From positions 291,987 to 344,262 of the forward strand of contig NW_019217897.1 of the NCBI RefSeq assembly GCF_002571385.2: DNA of 52,276 bases, in the 5' to 3' direction. A program made the translations under genes and the position numbers. Source of the DNA: Stylophora pistillata. Its lineage: Eukaryota. Numbering within the stretch: the stretch's first letter is position 1; the number at the start of each line of letters is the position of its first letter. The notes beneath the pieces were generated by a model, which was given only the letters and a program-made list of their open reading frames with translations, had not been told where the DNA came from and searched no databases. Shown piece after piece: positions 24,457 through 35,940 of this stretch.

Positions 24457-26456
24457 TTATATTGGTTCTCCCCTGAGTTGGTTGATGGCATCAGCAAGCA
24501 TTCTGTTACACATGGCAGCATATGGATTCATCTGTACTACCACGGACCTTGCAAATGCATTGCCAAGCTCTGCAGCCTTTGTAAAGTCCTTGAGAGCTTT
24601 GTCTTCATTACCATTTAGGCTATGAATTAATGCTCGCTGTGTGTGTGCCTGAGCAGCAGCAGCACCTCTGTCTTTGCCTAGTTGGATAGCTTTGTCTAAA
24701 TCTTCCAGAGCACTGGGTATATCTCCTAAAGTCAAAAATCAATTGCAGAATTAGATTCAGTTTTGTTGCAGAAAACATCAAACCCCACCCAATACTCTCC
24801 ATCTTCCACAGACAAGATCTCACATAAAATGTATCTCATGCAAGGGTATGGTTAATGGGGTCTTGAACTTATTTAAGGCCATTATTGATTGCGCTAACAC
24901 AATTTTTGGCAAAATTTGGAACAGCAAGCATAAGTTTAACTCTTTATCATTTCCATCTAGCACATAATCAGCATATCTTAGGTTTCTTTGAAGACAACAA
25001 TTCTATGCAGAGTCCTGACTTGTTAGGTTGCTTACATTTATGCCTTCTAAGTTTCCTTCCAACTTCAGTCTACTTGCAATGTCTTGGGGTATGAAAGTTA
25101 CCATAATGCTGAGTTGTTTGTTATCAAAAGGACTAAGCACACCAGAAGTAAAGATGCCTTAGTCCCCTTTCCTGCTTTCATAGTAACCAAATGGCATTGA
25201 TGCTAACATGATGCTGGTATTAACCATACATCTTTAGATATTAAGTCAAACCTTTAATTCCAGTCTGGAATTAAGTACACTACTTAATTGTGTTATAAAG
25301 GAGCAAGAATGTAACTGGATATAAAGAAGATATGATCATATTTTTTTGACAATAACTTTACATTTTCGACTGGTTTTGTGTTTCGTTTTTGAAAAGCACA
25401 CTTTGAGAAAAAATAATGTAATTTTCAAAACTAGCAAAATTTTAAACATCATTTGGAAAAGATTCAAGCAATACTGGTAGCATAATATGCTTCTTTAACT
25501 TGATTAATCTATGAGGGCCCACCTTGCACCACCTGAACAACCTCCTCTGTCATATAAAATTATTATTTTTAAGTCTGCTCAATGACATAGAGCAGTAAAA
25601 ATGTTACACTTCAGGTGTGAAAAACATCGAAATCCAAAAAAGGAGCTGTTCTGGTGTTAGATACTCCATTTGTTAGTCCTTCTTAGTGCACTAATACAAG
25701 CCTACTTACACACAAGTTGGAGCCGCCATATCTGCCATTTCACATAAGGTAAATTGGAAAAAAGTTGAAAATTATAAAAAGCATCCTGTTTTCATCTTAG
25801 AGTAAAAGTAACTTCAGAAAGAGACTGCCTGAGCTTTCCATATAAGTGACCAGGACTTATTCCAGTTCCTATAGAAAGAATGCCAAAGTAGAACGGGAGG
25901 GTATCATCCATTTTCGAGCCTATTTTCGACTAAATCCCTAAATATCTTGATCTTGAATCCAAGTCCCAGTGAACCAAATCTCAATTTTCTAGTGAAAAAT
26001 TTGGCAACTTAGTTTCTAAGAGCCTTTTTTCTATAGCACATTCACCTGTATGTCATACCTTGTTCTTCCCCCTACAGCAAACTTATCTTACCAATCTACA
26101 TGATAGCAACTTTCAGAAATACAATAATTTCGATTAGATGATACTCAATAGACTTTGAACAAATAAAAACTTTAATTACCTTTTAACCTCCACAGCTGAG
26201 CTCTATTGTTGAAACACGAAGACCGTAGAGGGCAAATTTGGCAAGCTTGGTTAAAACACTCCAATGCCCCATCCAAGTCGCCTTGTTCCGCTTTCTCAAC
26301 ACCAGATGCCTCCAGTTGTTTAGCTGACATGACATCCTCAGTATTTTCTTCATTTATTTCGTTTTCATTTTGAAGCTTTGCAGCAACATCGCCCAAGGGT
26401 AACAGAGGATTAAAAATGCTTTCCAACACTGCTTGATCCTTCATACTAATCGCCAT
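24457..26456 (-). CDS. TTC36: Tetratricopeptide repeat protein 36; exons 26456-26180 and 24725-24457, 181 aa
   Basis: Recognisable TTC36 motifs DQAVLESIFNP, NNRAQ, ALEDLDKA and NPYAAMCNRMLAD. Start context aaaATGGCG; phase-1 GT-AG intron (G|gtaatt ... tttag|GA). Confidence 0.95.
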
Positions 26457-27255
26457 TTTGTTTGCAAACTCTGATCGAAAGCAATCTGGGTACAACTATT
26501 ACCTCATTTCGTGTCTCGCGTTGTTGCTGCGTGTTTCTTCCGCGCATTCTCCCGCGAGGTAGCTCCGCGTGGTGATGATTTATGTTCGTGTCACTTATTC
26601 AAAATAAATTTATAGAAAATAGTGGCATTTTCAGACTGTTAGTTACAGTTAGTCATATTTCCTTCTTTTGCTTTCCAAATACTCTTATTTTCTCAAGTTG
26701 TCGTCGTCAACTTGAGACGGAAGGGGAGACTGGGGTCTAAAGCATCATTCTCGTGACTGGCCTTAAAAAATCTACTAGATTTCAGATTGAGCCGTTTAAT
26801 CTTGGGGAGATTTTGGAAGATTCGCCATGGAGGGAAGTATTAGAGTCAGCTTACCGCCTGTATCACTGAAGGTCAGTTTATTTACTTTTGGCAGGTTCGT
26901 TTTCAAGCTTCCTTCCAGCTATGATAGGACACTATTGGTAGATCGACTAGTGGGACTGATTGTGCATATGTCAGTAGTTTTGAAATGATTGATGGATTTC
27001 TTTTAACGTTTCTAGATTGTGGTGTCAGTTCATTTTATTCTAACGATATGGTAAGTATCTAAAACCAGATGTTCTAAAGGCGTGTTAGAATGACATGAAG
27101 CTGAAATGAATTCTAGTTTACTATTGAAAATGAAATAAACTAGCTAGGAGAACTATACTTGGGGGGCAAAAGAGAACTCGACCAGCATTGTGATAAACTG
27201 AATAGGATAGACTCTTCATTATCTCCAGTGAATTAATTTTGCGTGGATTTTAAAG

Positions 27256-30200
27256 GTTGCAGAGGCAAAAAAGCTAGTGGTCATGATATAATCCTGTGGG
27301 GGCATGGGAGGGGAGTGGTCAAATAGCCAGAGTGGAGTGATTTGGAGCAGCTGTACTCAGAATTGATAAGCTTCCTTGTCAGCCATTCCTGACCTGCCTT
27401 CCTCATCATAAGGACTTAAGTTATACATATTGGGTGTCAAATACTAAACCGAGTATTTTGCATCATAAAGAACCGGCCACTGTAGAAGGTGGTATAGAGT
27501 TTAGAGATGAGGCCTTAATTAACTTGTGATGCATGAATTGTGCAAAAAGGCAAGGCAAGGTGAGATTTGAGGTTTTTACCTGTTTGAAGTACATGACTCC
27601 AATGGACATATTCACAAGCATTGTTATGACCATCATCAGTGATCGAAAGCTGCTTATTTCTGTTTTTCCCCTCTGTTTGAAGGGGTGATCAATATGGATG
27701 GTTACCAGCCTCTTATATATTCTGTAACTTAGCTGTTCTGGCCCTAGGAGTCTGGGCAATAGCATCAGCAAGTAATGAAGATGCCTCCCAATTGGTTTGT
27801 ATACATAACATCTATTTATTAATTTAACCTAAGTTACTGAATCCTGACTCAGACTTGCATGATTTAAACTTAAAAACATAGGGTTTAGAAACAGAAGAAG
27901 CATTAAAACCATGTTGATGTTATTATTTGGGGTGAATTTTCACATCCTTTATAAAGGGGGTAAATTTTTAAAGAAACTGTAATGCTGCATCGGTGGGGAA
28001 GTACAGCAAGGTAATTTGGTTTTATCAACTAAGTTGATAATGTAATTAGCGACCATAAAGAAACTCTCTGCAGTGGCCAATTAACATTACCAACTCAGTT
28101 GATAAAGCCATATATTTTCTATGAACAGGTAGTTTAATAGGAAAGTACAACTTCTGGCTTAAGCATGGTTTCTGTGTAAAATAATATATTCCTCTTTAGA
28201 CTATCTAAGCCTCTTTAAAATCATAGAGGCCTTTAGTAAAGAGTCACTCAGCTCAACAAAGAAGATTTAAAAAATTGTCAAAAAAAATATCAAAATGACA
28301 CTTTAAAATCATAGAGTCCCACAGGAACACGCTGATCAATTTCGAAGCTTCAACATCACCTCCCTCAGGCAACCCTCCAGACATTTGAAGTTTTGAAGAT
28401 TGGCTGGTTCAAATCTCTGCCCTCCCACCCCCTAAGCCAAAATTGCATTCAAATGCCCCACCCAATATTGAATGATTCTTTGTGTGATTAACAAATTCTG
28501 GAGTTGCTGTTGGGTTTTTCACTTGTAAACATCATTCTAGGATAAGAAAACTGTCTCTCTGAGCCATGCACTCACAGTAGCAGACTCTTTGCCTTTAAAT
28601 TACTCCCTTAAACCCGTGTAAGACACTGGGAAGATGCTTCCAGTTCAAGTGCCTTAGTCCCTACCAGGGCAAGTTGGGTTGCCTGTGGGTTGCCTGAGGG
28701 GAAGTACGTTGAAGTTTCAAATTGATCAAACTATAACTCATTGAAGTGACTCAACAGAAGTATTGTTTCTTAACTTATCGCTAAACAAAAGATCAACAAA
28801 ATTTTGTTATCTCTTGTAGTTTCTGTTGGGAATGCTTTTTACTATCATTCAGGACATCATAATTATAGCCATCTCTTATACCTCTGATAACACGGGTAAG
28901 TTTAATGAGAATGTGTTTTGTTGTAACATTTTATGAAGCTCTTAAAAATCTTCCTTTTATTCATTGTGATCTTACATGTAGATATATCCATTGACAGTAC
29001 TAAGGAAAGTATGTTATTTCTTTTCAGTTTCACCCCAATTAGTATTAAAACTCCAATATGAATTAATTTTCTCGCCACAATTCACATATACAACGCATGT
29101 TGCAGGATTGTCTCAAAAAAGCTATTTAGATTTTTATAGTTAAGAAATTGATTTTTAATCAGCACATTGCTTGTTGCAAATAGCTTACTACTGTACTAAT
29201 CCAGCTGATGCAGTAGTTTAAAGGCTGATAGTTTCGAAAGAAACTGTTTGGGGCTGCATCGGTGGGAGTAACGAAATAATTTGGATATATCAACAAAGTT
29301 GAAATGGTAAATTGGCCACCGTAACGATTACAAAAGCTGACGTTTCAGGCGTTAGCCCTTCGTCGGAGCGAATAGAGGAATTGTGGGTTGTGTGTGCTTT
29401 TAAAGGCAGAAAATGGAGCTACGTTATGCAGTAGTTTTTTTAGCTGGTTTACCTTTGGTTTCTACATTTAAGCTCTCGGTACCAACAGTTACCACCATCT
29501 ACATGTAGATTCAATCATATTCTATTGCTTATTGACCCCTAAATTATGTGAAGAACTTGAAGAAGACTCTGAGTTTTTTCCATGTGTTCAAACATTATTC
29601 AATGCAACTATGCAATCTTAGTCTCTGACTGTGTGCAGAGAGATCTAGAAGGCTAGTCAAACTAAAATGTTTGCACATCAGAAACAGTTTGTCTTGTGAT
29701 CCAAGTGGTAACTGTGGAATGGCAATATCAGATGTTCTCACAATGGCCCCATTACCATGACCATCAGTTGAAAAAAAAAGAAAACATACATGTGCAATTT
29801 TACCATCTTATTTACTAACAAATTTATTGATTATTAGGAAGTACTTTGTCAAAGAATTTCCTGACTAAACTGTTGTTTTTAGCTCTTTTTATTGTTTGCA
29901 TTATAGAGAACCCTCTTTTAGATGTAAATGTTTATTGGACTATATATATTGAATCTATTTTTCAACTTTCAGCTTCCCATTACAGGTTTTGTGTGGGGTA
30001 TCCTTTATGATTTAAAGGCCAAGAATTTGAAAAAGGTTTTTTTTAGGAAACTTGAGTCAACAAATGGCTTGAATGAGGTGCAATGACCAGTACACAAGGC
30101 AAAGTCAAACAAAAACTACAAACTTAAGAAATTGATTTGGAAGTAATTTAATTAACATTGTATTACTTCACAACATGCAAAAACCTTGCATACCATCTCT

Positions 30201-31022
30201 CCCAGCTTTTCTTAAATCTAGAGTCTCTTTTAAACATTAAAATATCCCATATATCATGATTGAATTTGGATATTTTTTTTCTTTGAACAAGGAAAATCAA
30301 GTGAGTTTTCTCACTTTAAGAAGACACATGTAATGTAGTCAAAGTGATCCCAAGTGAAGTTTCATACTGACAGTGTACTTCAGTCTATTCCATTTGGCAT
30401 CTTTGAACATCTTAGCAGCAATGAAAGTCAAATTCAGCATTGTTGTTATCAATAAATTTTTTACATGAATGGGGCCAGCTTTTATTTTTTAGAAATTATA
30501 ATCTTGATAACACTATGTCTTGTACATTATTAATAATAAATATCTTCAAAAGAGAATGAATGTTTTCAGTATAGGAATACTGCAAGGTTGTATGTATGCA
30601 AGATTGTTTCCATACAATACTTACAATCACATCATTTCCTTGACATCTATCCCATTACAGAATGGCTATCTTAAGTTTGATTTTGAAGGTAAGTTGTTGA
30701 CTTTAACTATGGTCCTTTACAAAAGGCCTAAGTTTAAAAAATGATTCTTCCATCTCCCAGTTCATGTGGAGGAGTGTTTCAGAAATTAAAGCCCTCTAGA
30801 AGAAGAAACAACTTTGGCTATATGATAATCTGTCAGAGCAGACCTCTGAAATAATTGGTACTATTTTAAAACAAAATTTTCTAACTCTTCTTCAAATATG
30901 TTCTGTAACTCAAATGAAAAGTGGCAAGAATAATTCATTAGCTCTCAGTTGAAACTTCAGGTATGCAAATTTGTTCCTGCAGAACATAAAATCTCCAATC
31001 TGAAAAAATTAAAACTTCCATG
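27256..31022 (+). repeat. Segmental duplication, copy A (paralogous to 2449-6853)
   Basis: Colinear with 2449-6853 except for copy-specific insertions. Confidence 0.95.
29220..29425 (-). mobile_element. Penelope-like element terminal fragment with a degenerate hammerhead motif
   Basis: Flanked by a 12-bp direct repeat atgcagtagttt (29208-29219, 29426-29437) and absent in copy A'. Minus strand has gctccgacgaagggctaacgcctgaaacgtcagc. Confidence 0.75.
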
Positions 31023-31409
31023 ACATTTGCAAGCTACTGGGTAACATAATGTTTATTAATTTTGGACTGTTTGATTTGATTTTTTCATTGTCTTTCTTTT
31101 GTTCTATAGCCCCTATCATGCTTGCTTATTTTTCAAAATCACCGCAATAGGGGTGGAGGAGAAGGTTACAGCTGGGCAGGTACATGTTTCGTTCAACATT
31201 TTAAGTATTGTTAGTGTTAATCACCTTAAGTTTGAACTTTGCTATTTGTACATGTGCAGTCACCTTACTTATGTCTTTCAATCAGTATTTATTAATAATT
31301 AATGCGTGAGGTTTCCTGGAGCAAGTGGCTAACATCCTCCACTCTTGTTATAATTCTAAGTTTGAGCAGCTGTTGGGAGGTGTTATGATTTGAGAGTCAG
31401 GAGAGGGAT

Positions 31410-31431
31410 ATTTAACAATTATTCCACGAGC

Positions 31432-31472
<41 letters not shown>

Positions 31473-31490
31473 AGCGCCGATTTGGCTATA

Positions 31491-31527
<37 letters not shown>

Positions 31528-31703
31528 TTTTATTAAAAACGTTAAATTAAATAATTTTATTAAATTTTTAGCTCCCTTTTAATTTTAAGCTGACACATAT
31601 GCTTACCATATTTGTAGATTATGGTATATTGGCTGATATACCATAATGGCTAAGCCAATAAAAATTCTTGAATTGCATTATCCAATGATCTAGTCTTTAA
31701 TAA
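31410..31703. mobile_element. Foldback/palindromic element, same architecture as 7645-8030 (degenerate relative ~36715-37090)
   Basis: Hairpin aacaattattccacgagcgc...gcgcgtagcgcc...gcgcgagtggaataattgtt followed by an AT-rich body. Confidence 0.7.
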
Positions 31704-32041
31704 AGGCAGAATATTCCAGTGGAGGAGGGGGGATGCTTGTTATACTAGAATCTCATAGTTGCTGTTGAAGAAGAAGACGCTCCAGACACCAATGTAATAT
31801 TTCTGTCTCTGTCATTAAGCCAGAGGGGAATTTTAGCATGTATCACAAAAATCAACTTCTAATGTGCTGAAAGTACTGTGATGCAAGAAGCTCCCTCCCT
31901 TCACAACTCCCCTGCCCCTCCACCCATGTTAAATTGTATGAGACCTCCAGTTGCAGAGAGATTGCAAACTGTTACTCAAGGTTTAACCCCACTTTTTAGA
32001 ATCTATTGTTCAGGTAGAGACAACTAGGACGTTAAAGACTT

Positions 32042-32207
32042 AAGGCTGTGCTCTATGGAAAATTGAATGGAGCCTAATGCCCTAAAACTGTGAAATCCAT
32101 GGTGCCCAGCATATGCTTAATTTGTATGAAAAAACTAAAATTCCTGAGTCACCCAAGAGCAAAAGTAAGGCGCTAAGTCCGCCAGGGTGCTGCTAGACCA
32201 CAGCCTT
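32042..32207. mobile_element. Small MITE
   Basis: Inverted termini aaggctgtgctcta / tagaccacagcctt. Confidence 0.5.
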
Positions 32208-32851
32208 GAAGACTTACACTCTGGGAGCTGCACACTGCATCATGACCTAGGCTATTAACCACTCATGTTTCATGCCTGCATGTGTACATCTGTTTTCACA
32301 TTATTAGTGTAACAATAACTTTTATTTTATTTGATGAGTGACTAAGTGAATAAAATTTGCACTCCAGGTTCAAATTATGTGACCATAGAAGGCCAGTCAA
32401 GCTCACAGCCAGCTCCTGGACACCCTTGAGAGATTAAATATCAATATAATTGATGCTTTTAAATAACAAACATTAACTCTGACGTTATCAAAAATGTCAG
32501 TCAAGTAACTCATCTATTAAGTATCTTAAGTTTCCAAACTTTTCATGTAGTAAAACAACATGTTTTTTAAATGGTTCAAAGTTTTTATTTTCTCCTTTAC
32601 TAATTTTCTAGAATTAATGTGTTAAATATAGTATTTGGAGCTCTCAAGTTAATTTGTTGCTAAAAGTTGAGATCTCGGATCTGACATCACTTTTCTGCTG
32701 TGGGTGGTAGGGTGGGGCATGCTCATGCCAGAAATTGAAGTAAACCCACCAACCCACCTAATGGTGGCTCTGCACAAGGATTTTCACTGTTGGAAAGTGT
32801 TCGGACCCATTACAAAGGAAATAAGTAGTAAGTTCTATCTAGAAACATAAT

Positions 32852-33065
32852 TTAACTCTTTAACACCCTAACATTAATATTCATATTCTTAGCACTGTTC
32901 TTGATACACTTCCCAAGGCGCTGACAAGGAGAATTTGTCGAACAACCAAGGGCTTCTCTAGTTGGTGATCAGTTCTTTTATTCTTGTGACCTTAGTGCTT
33001 GATGCCAGGGTGATATTGTAAGGAGAAATTAGATGCTGGTCACTGTCAGGGGTGAAAGGGTTTAA
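32852..33065. mobile_element. piggyBac-like MITE
   Basis: TTAA-ctcttt...aaaggg-(t)TTAA termini around ~200 bp. Confidence 0.65.
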
Positions 33066-33955
33066 GTTTAGAATCTCGAATCAACAATTTCATTGAGAAA
33101 TAATAGTTTCAGCATAAGAGGGAAAGATTGAATTTGTTTTCATTTATTTCACAATTGACTTAGGAGACTAGAGAGCTCTGGGTTGTTGTTATGGAGATTG
33201 AGATATTTTTTAACTTCAGAACTTAATATGTTTTCAAAAAGCATGGTAATCAGCTTGATTATCTTTTATAAAGCAGTACTAAATAAATGTTAATTACAGT
33301 AAGTTATAGACCTCCACATGGAGCAGCATGTACCAATCTGATGCATGCATGATGTAGTACTTTTGTAAGCAAGTGCCATTCTTGATCATGTATAATGCAA
33401 CAAACATGAAAAATTCCGAATTAATAATATTTTACAGTTTAAATTGGCTCTCAATAGCTGCTACTGTCAATGTTTCTTGACGGAAATTACTAAAATTAAG
33501 TATTGCTTGTCATTTTGTAATATGAACCATTTTTCTGAGTATGTGGGAGAAAATTTAGAGCACATCTGGGGAAAGAGTAGAAAAGGAGAATCAATTTTGG
33601 TATTATGAAGCATTTCATTTGGCATATACCATTTTCTCGGTTTTTTTCTCTTTTCAAGAAGTTTTAGAGATTAATATAATTAATTTACAAAATATTACCA
33701 ATGTTACAATTCACTCCATGCATTGAATAATGCAGGCATTGAATTCAGTCAATTTTTGAAATAAATACACACTTGCCAGTCATCTCATATGAGCATGATT
33801 TCAATCCATATTGTTAGATTTTGACTACATGCTTCTATAATTATCTGAAATAAATAGAGCAGTTGAGTTGTCTTGATATTTTACTTGTCATGATGTGAAT
33901 GTTGCTTAAATGAGGAAAGCTGTTAGGGGTACAGAGTAGTCCTTGCAATGTCAAA

Positions 33956-34220
33956 GGGAACAGGGATGGTGCAGTGGCGAGAGCACTCACCTCCCACCAC
34001 TATGGCCCAGGTTCAATTCCCAGACTGACCTGGCATCACTTGTGGTTGAGTTTACTGTTGGTTCTCGTCCTTGCTCCAAAGGTTTTTCTCCAGGTCCTCC
34101 AGTTTTCCTCCCTCCATAAAAACCAACATTCCAAATTCCAATTTGATCAGGAGTCAAATGTTATGAGCCACCAGCTCAGAAGATTTGGTGACTACTTCCT
34201 GCATTATCAACTTTTGATAA
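33956..34220 (+). mobile_element. tRNA-derived SINE
   Basis: gggatggtgcagtggcgagagcactcacctcccacc...ggttcaattcc (A/B boxes), then a SINE-type body (ggtttttctcc...ttccaaattccaattt). Confidence 0.75.
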
Positions 34221-34233
34221 ATTATATATTTAT

Positions 34234-34395
34234 TATTCTATATACAAGGCTAAAAGATTAGAAAAAAAATAAAATGTTTGAACCAAATGTTTATGGCTGT
34301 TTCCCATCATCAGGATGATGATGGCAAACAGCTGAAAACATTCTGTTCAAACATTTTAATTTTTTTCCTAATCTTTTAGCCTTGTATATAGAATA
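34234..34395. repeat. Long inverted repeat (~75-bp arms), probably inverted Penelope-type ends
   Basis: tattctatatacaaggctaaaagattag...catcatc / gatgatg...ctaatcttttagccttgtatatagaata. Confidence 0.8.
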
Positions 34396-35940
34396 TATTT
34401 ACTTCACTAAGCGAACATTATGGACACCATTCTTTTTATTTTTTATTTGTTTTGTCAAAAACTTGTCCCACAAGCTGCTATACATGTGGATAACATTGAA
34501 GGTTGAAATATGCTCAAAAATTGACAAGACCTCGTTCTCTCAGCCAGATGTTTATTTGTTTCACAACCTCCACATCACTCAAAGCTATGATACGACACGC
34601 AGAGATGAATTTACACACTGCAGAACAAGGAAGGCAATTTAAATGTACTGTTTCCTAAATAAGCTGAATTTTCCTTCTCAATAAATTTGAACTGAGGTGG
34701 TGGCATATTCTCACTGAGTTTAATGGTGTGTTTTCTTTTACTCAGTTCTGACAAATATCTGATCAAGTGGCAGTTATCAGCAAGAGCTGTCCACTGAGTG
34801 TTATACCAATGGCGCAATTTATTTACTGTGATCAGGTTGAAATTATTGTGTAGATTTTAAATCCTGATGTTTTATCACATAAAAGATGATTTTCTTTTTT
34901 TTCAGTAAAGATTTGGTGTAATGGGGGCAGCAATGGACTCCTCATTTTAAGTAGCAGGCTGATGTGATAATGAGTTGGGTCATTAATTAACTGTGATAAA
35001 AACAAAAATCCTTGGCTAAATGTTTAAAAGGTAAAAAAATCAAGAAGCATTTAGTGGCCAGCAAATAGTGACAATACAAATCAACATGCCTGGTTGATTT
35101 GCATTGCATATTTGGGTTAACATTGTTGTCATCTTGGTTATTGGTTTTTTTAAGTGAAAACAGTGCAATTTGTACTTGCAAGTCAATCTCCAAGGTACCC
35201 CCCCCCCTTCCTTTCTAGGATTAGGATAGTTTTGTGTTCTGTGTAGCCCCTCCTTGGTTACCTAATTGTAGTAATGCTTCAATCAAGGAAAAAATTCAAT
35301 TGACACTAATTTTGTGTTTACATTAAGATGTGATGACTATGTTGTCGATTTGTGTAAAGAATTGATTTATTAGTGGCTGAATATAAGGAATAAGTTTGAA
35401 AAACAGTTACATTGTGACACACTGAGTTGGTGACAACCACCTCATTGCATTAGTCACTTGCTTAAGGTGGATAAAAAAGAAAGGAAAGTTTCCATATTTT
35501 CATATTTCTTATATAATGCTCACTCAAAAGTCCTCACTTCATCATGCATCTACAGCAATGCTCCACAATATCCCTGCAGCACATACTATGAATTTTTTTT
35601 CAGTGACTGAATTTCAAATTGAGAAAGACTTCCTTCAATAGATGTCATAATTTCTCAGCAACAATAGGTTGCAATGCACCAAAAGTTCCAGTTAAGGAAA
35701 CTATACACAAACAAGCCCCTTGCACAGACAAATTTTTCTTCTTAAACTTTTATCGCACAGATAGCAATCAAAATTTACATACAGAGCAAACAGAAAATTC
35801 AGATTCATAAGAAAAGAGAAATTAGGTAGTGTTCTCTGCAGCATTTTTCTTCATAATCCCTGCAAGGAGTTATTTCTGAGAAAATACCTCTAGGCTACCG
35901 GTAAGTGCTTGATTCAAATGGTTTCTTCATTCATCTCAAG

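Noticed and set aside
26457-26495. N-terminal extension of TTC36 in the ORF track (MYPDCFRSEFANK)
   Set aside because: It uses a non-ATG start; homology and start context point to the ATG at 26456.
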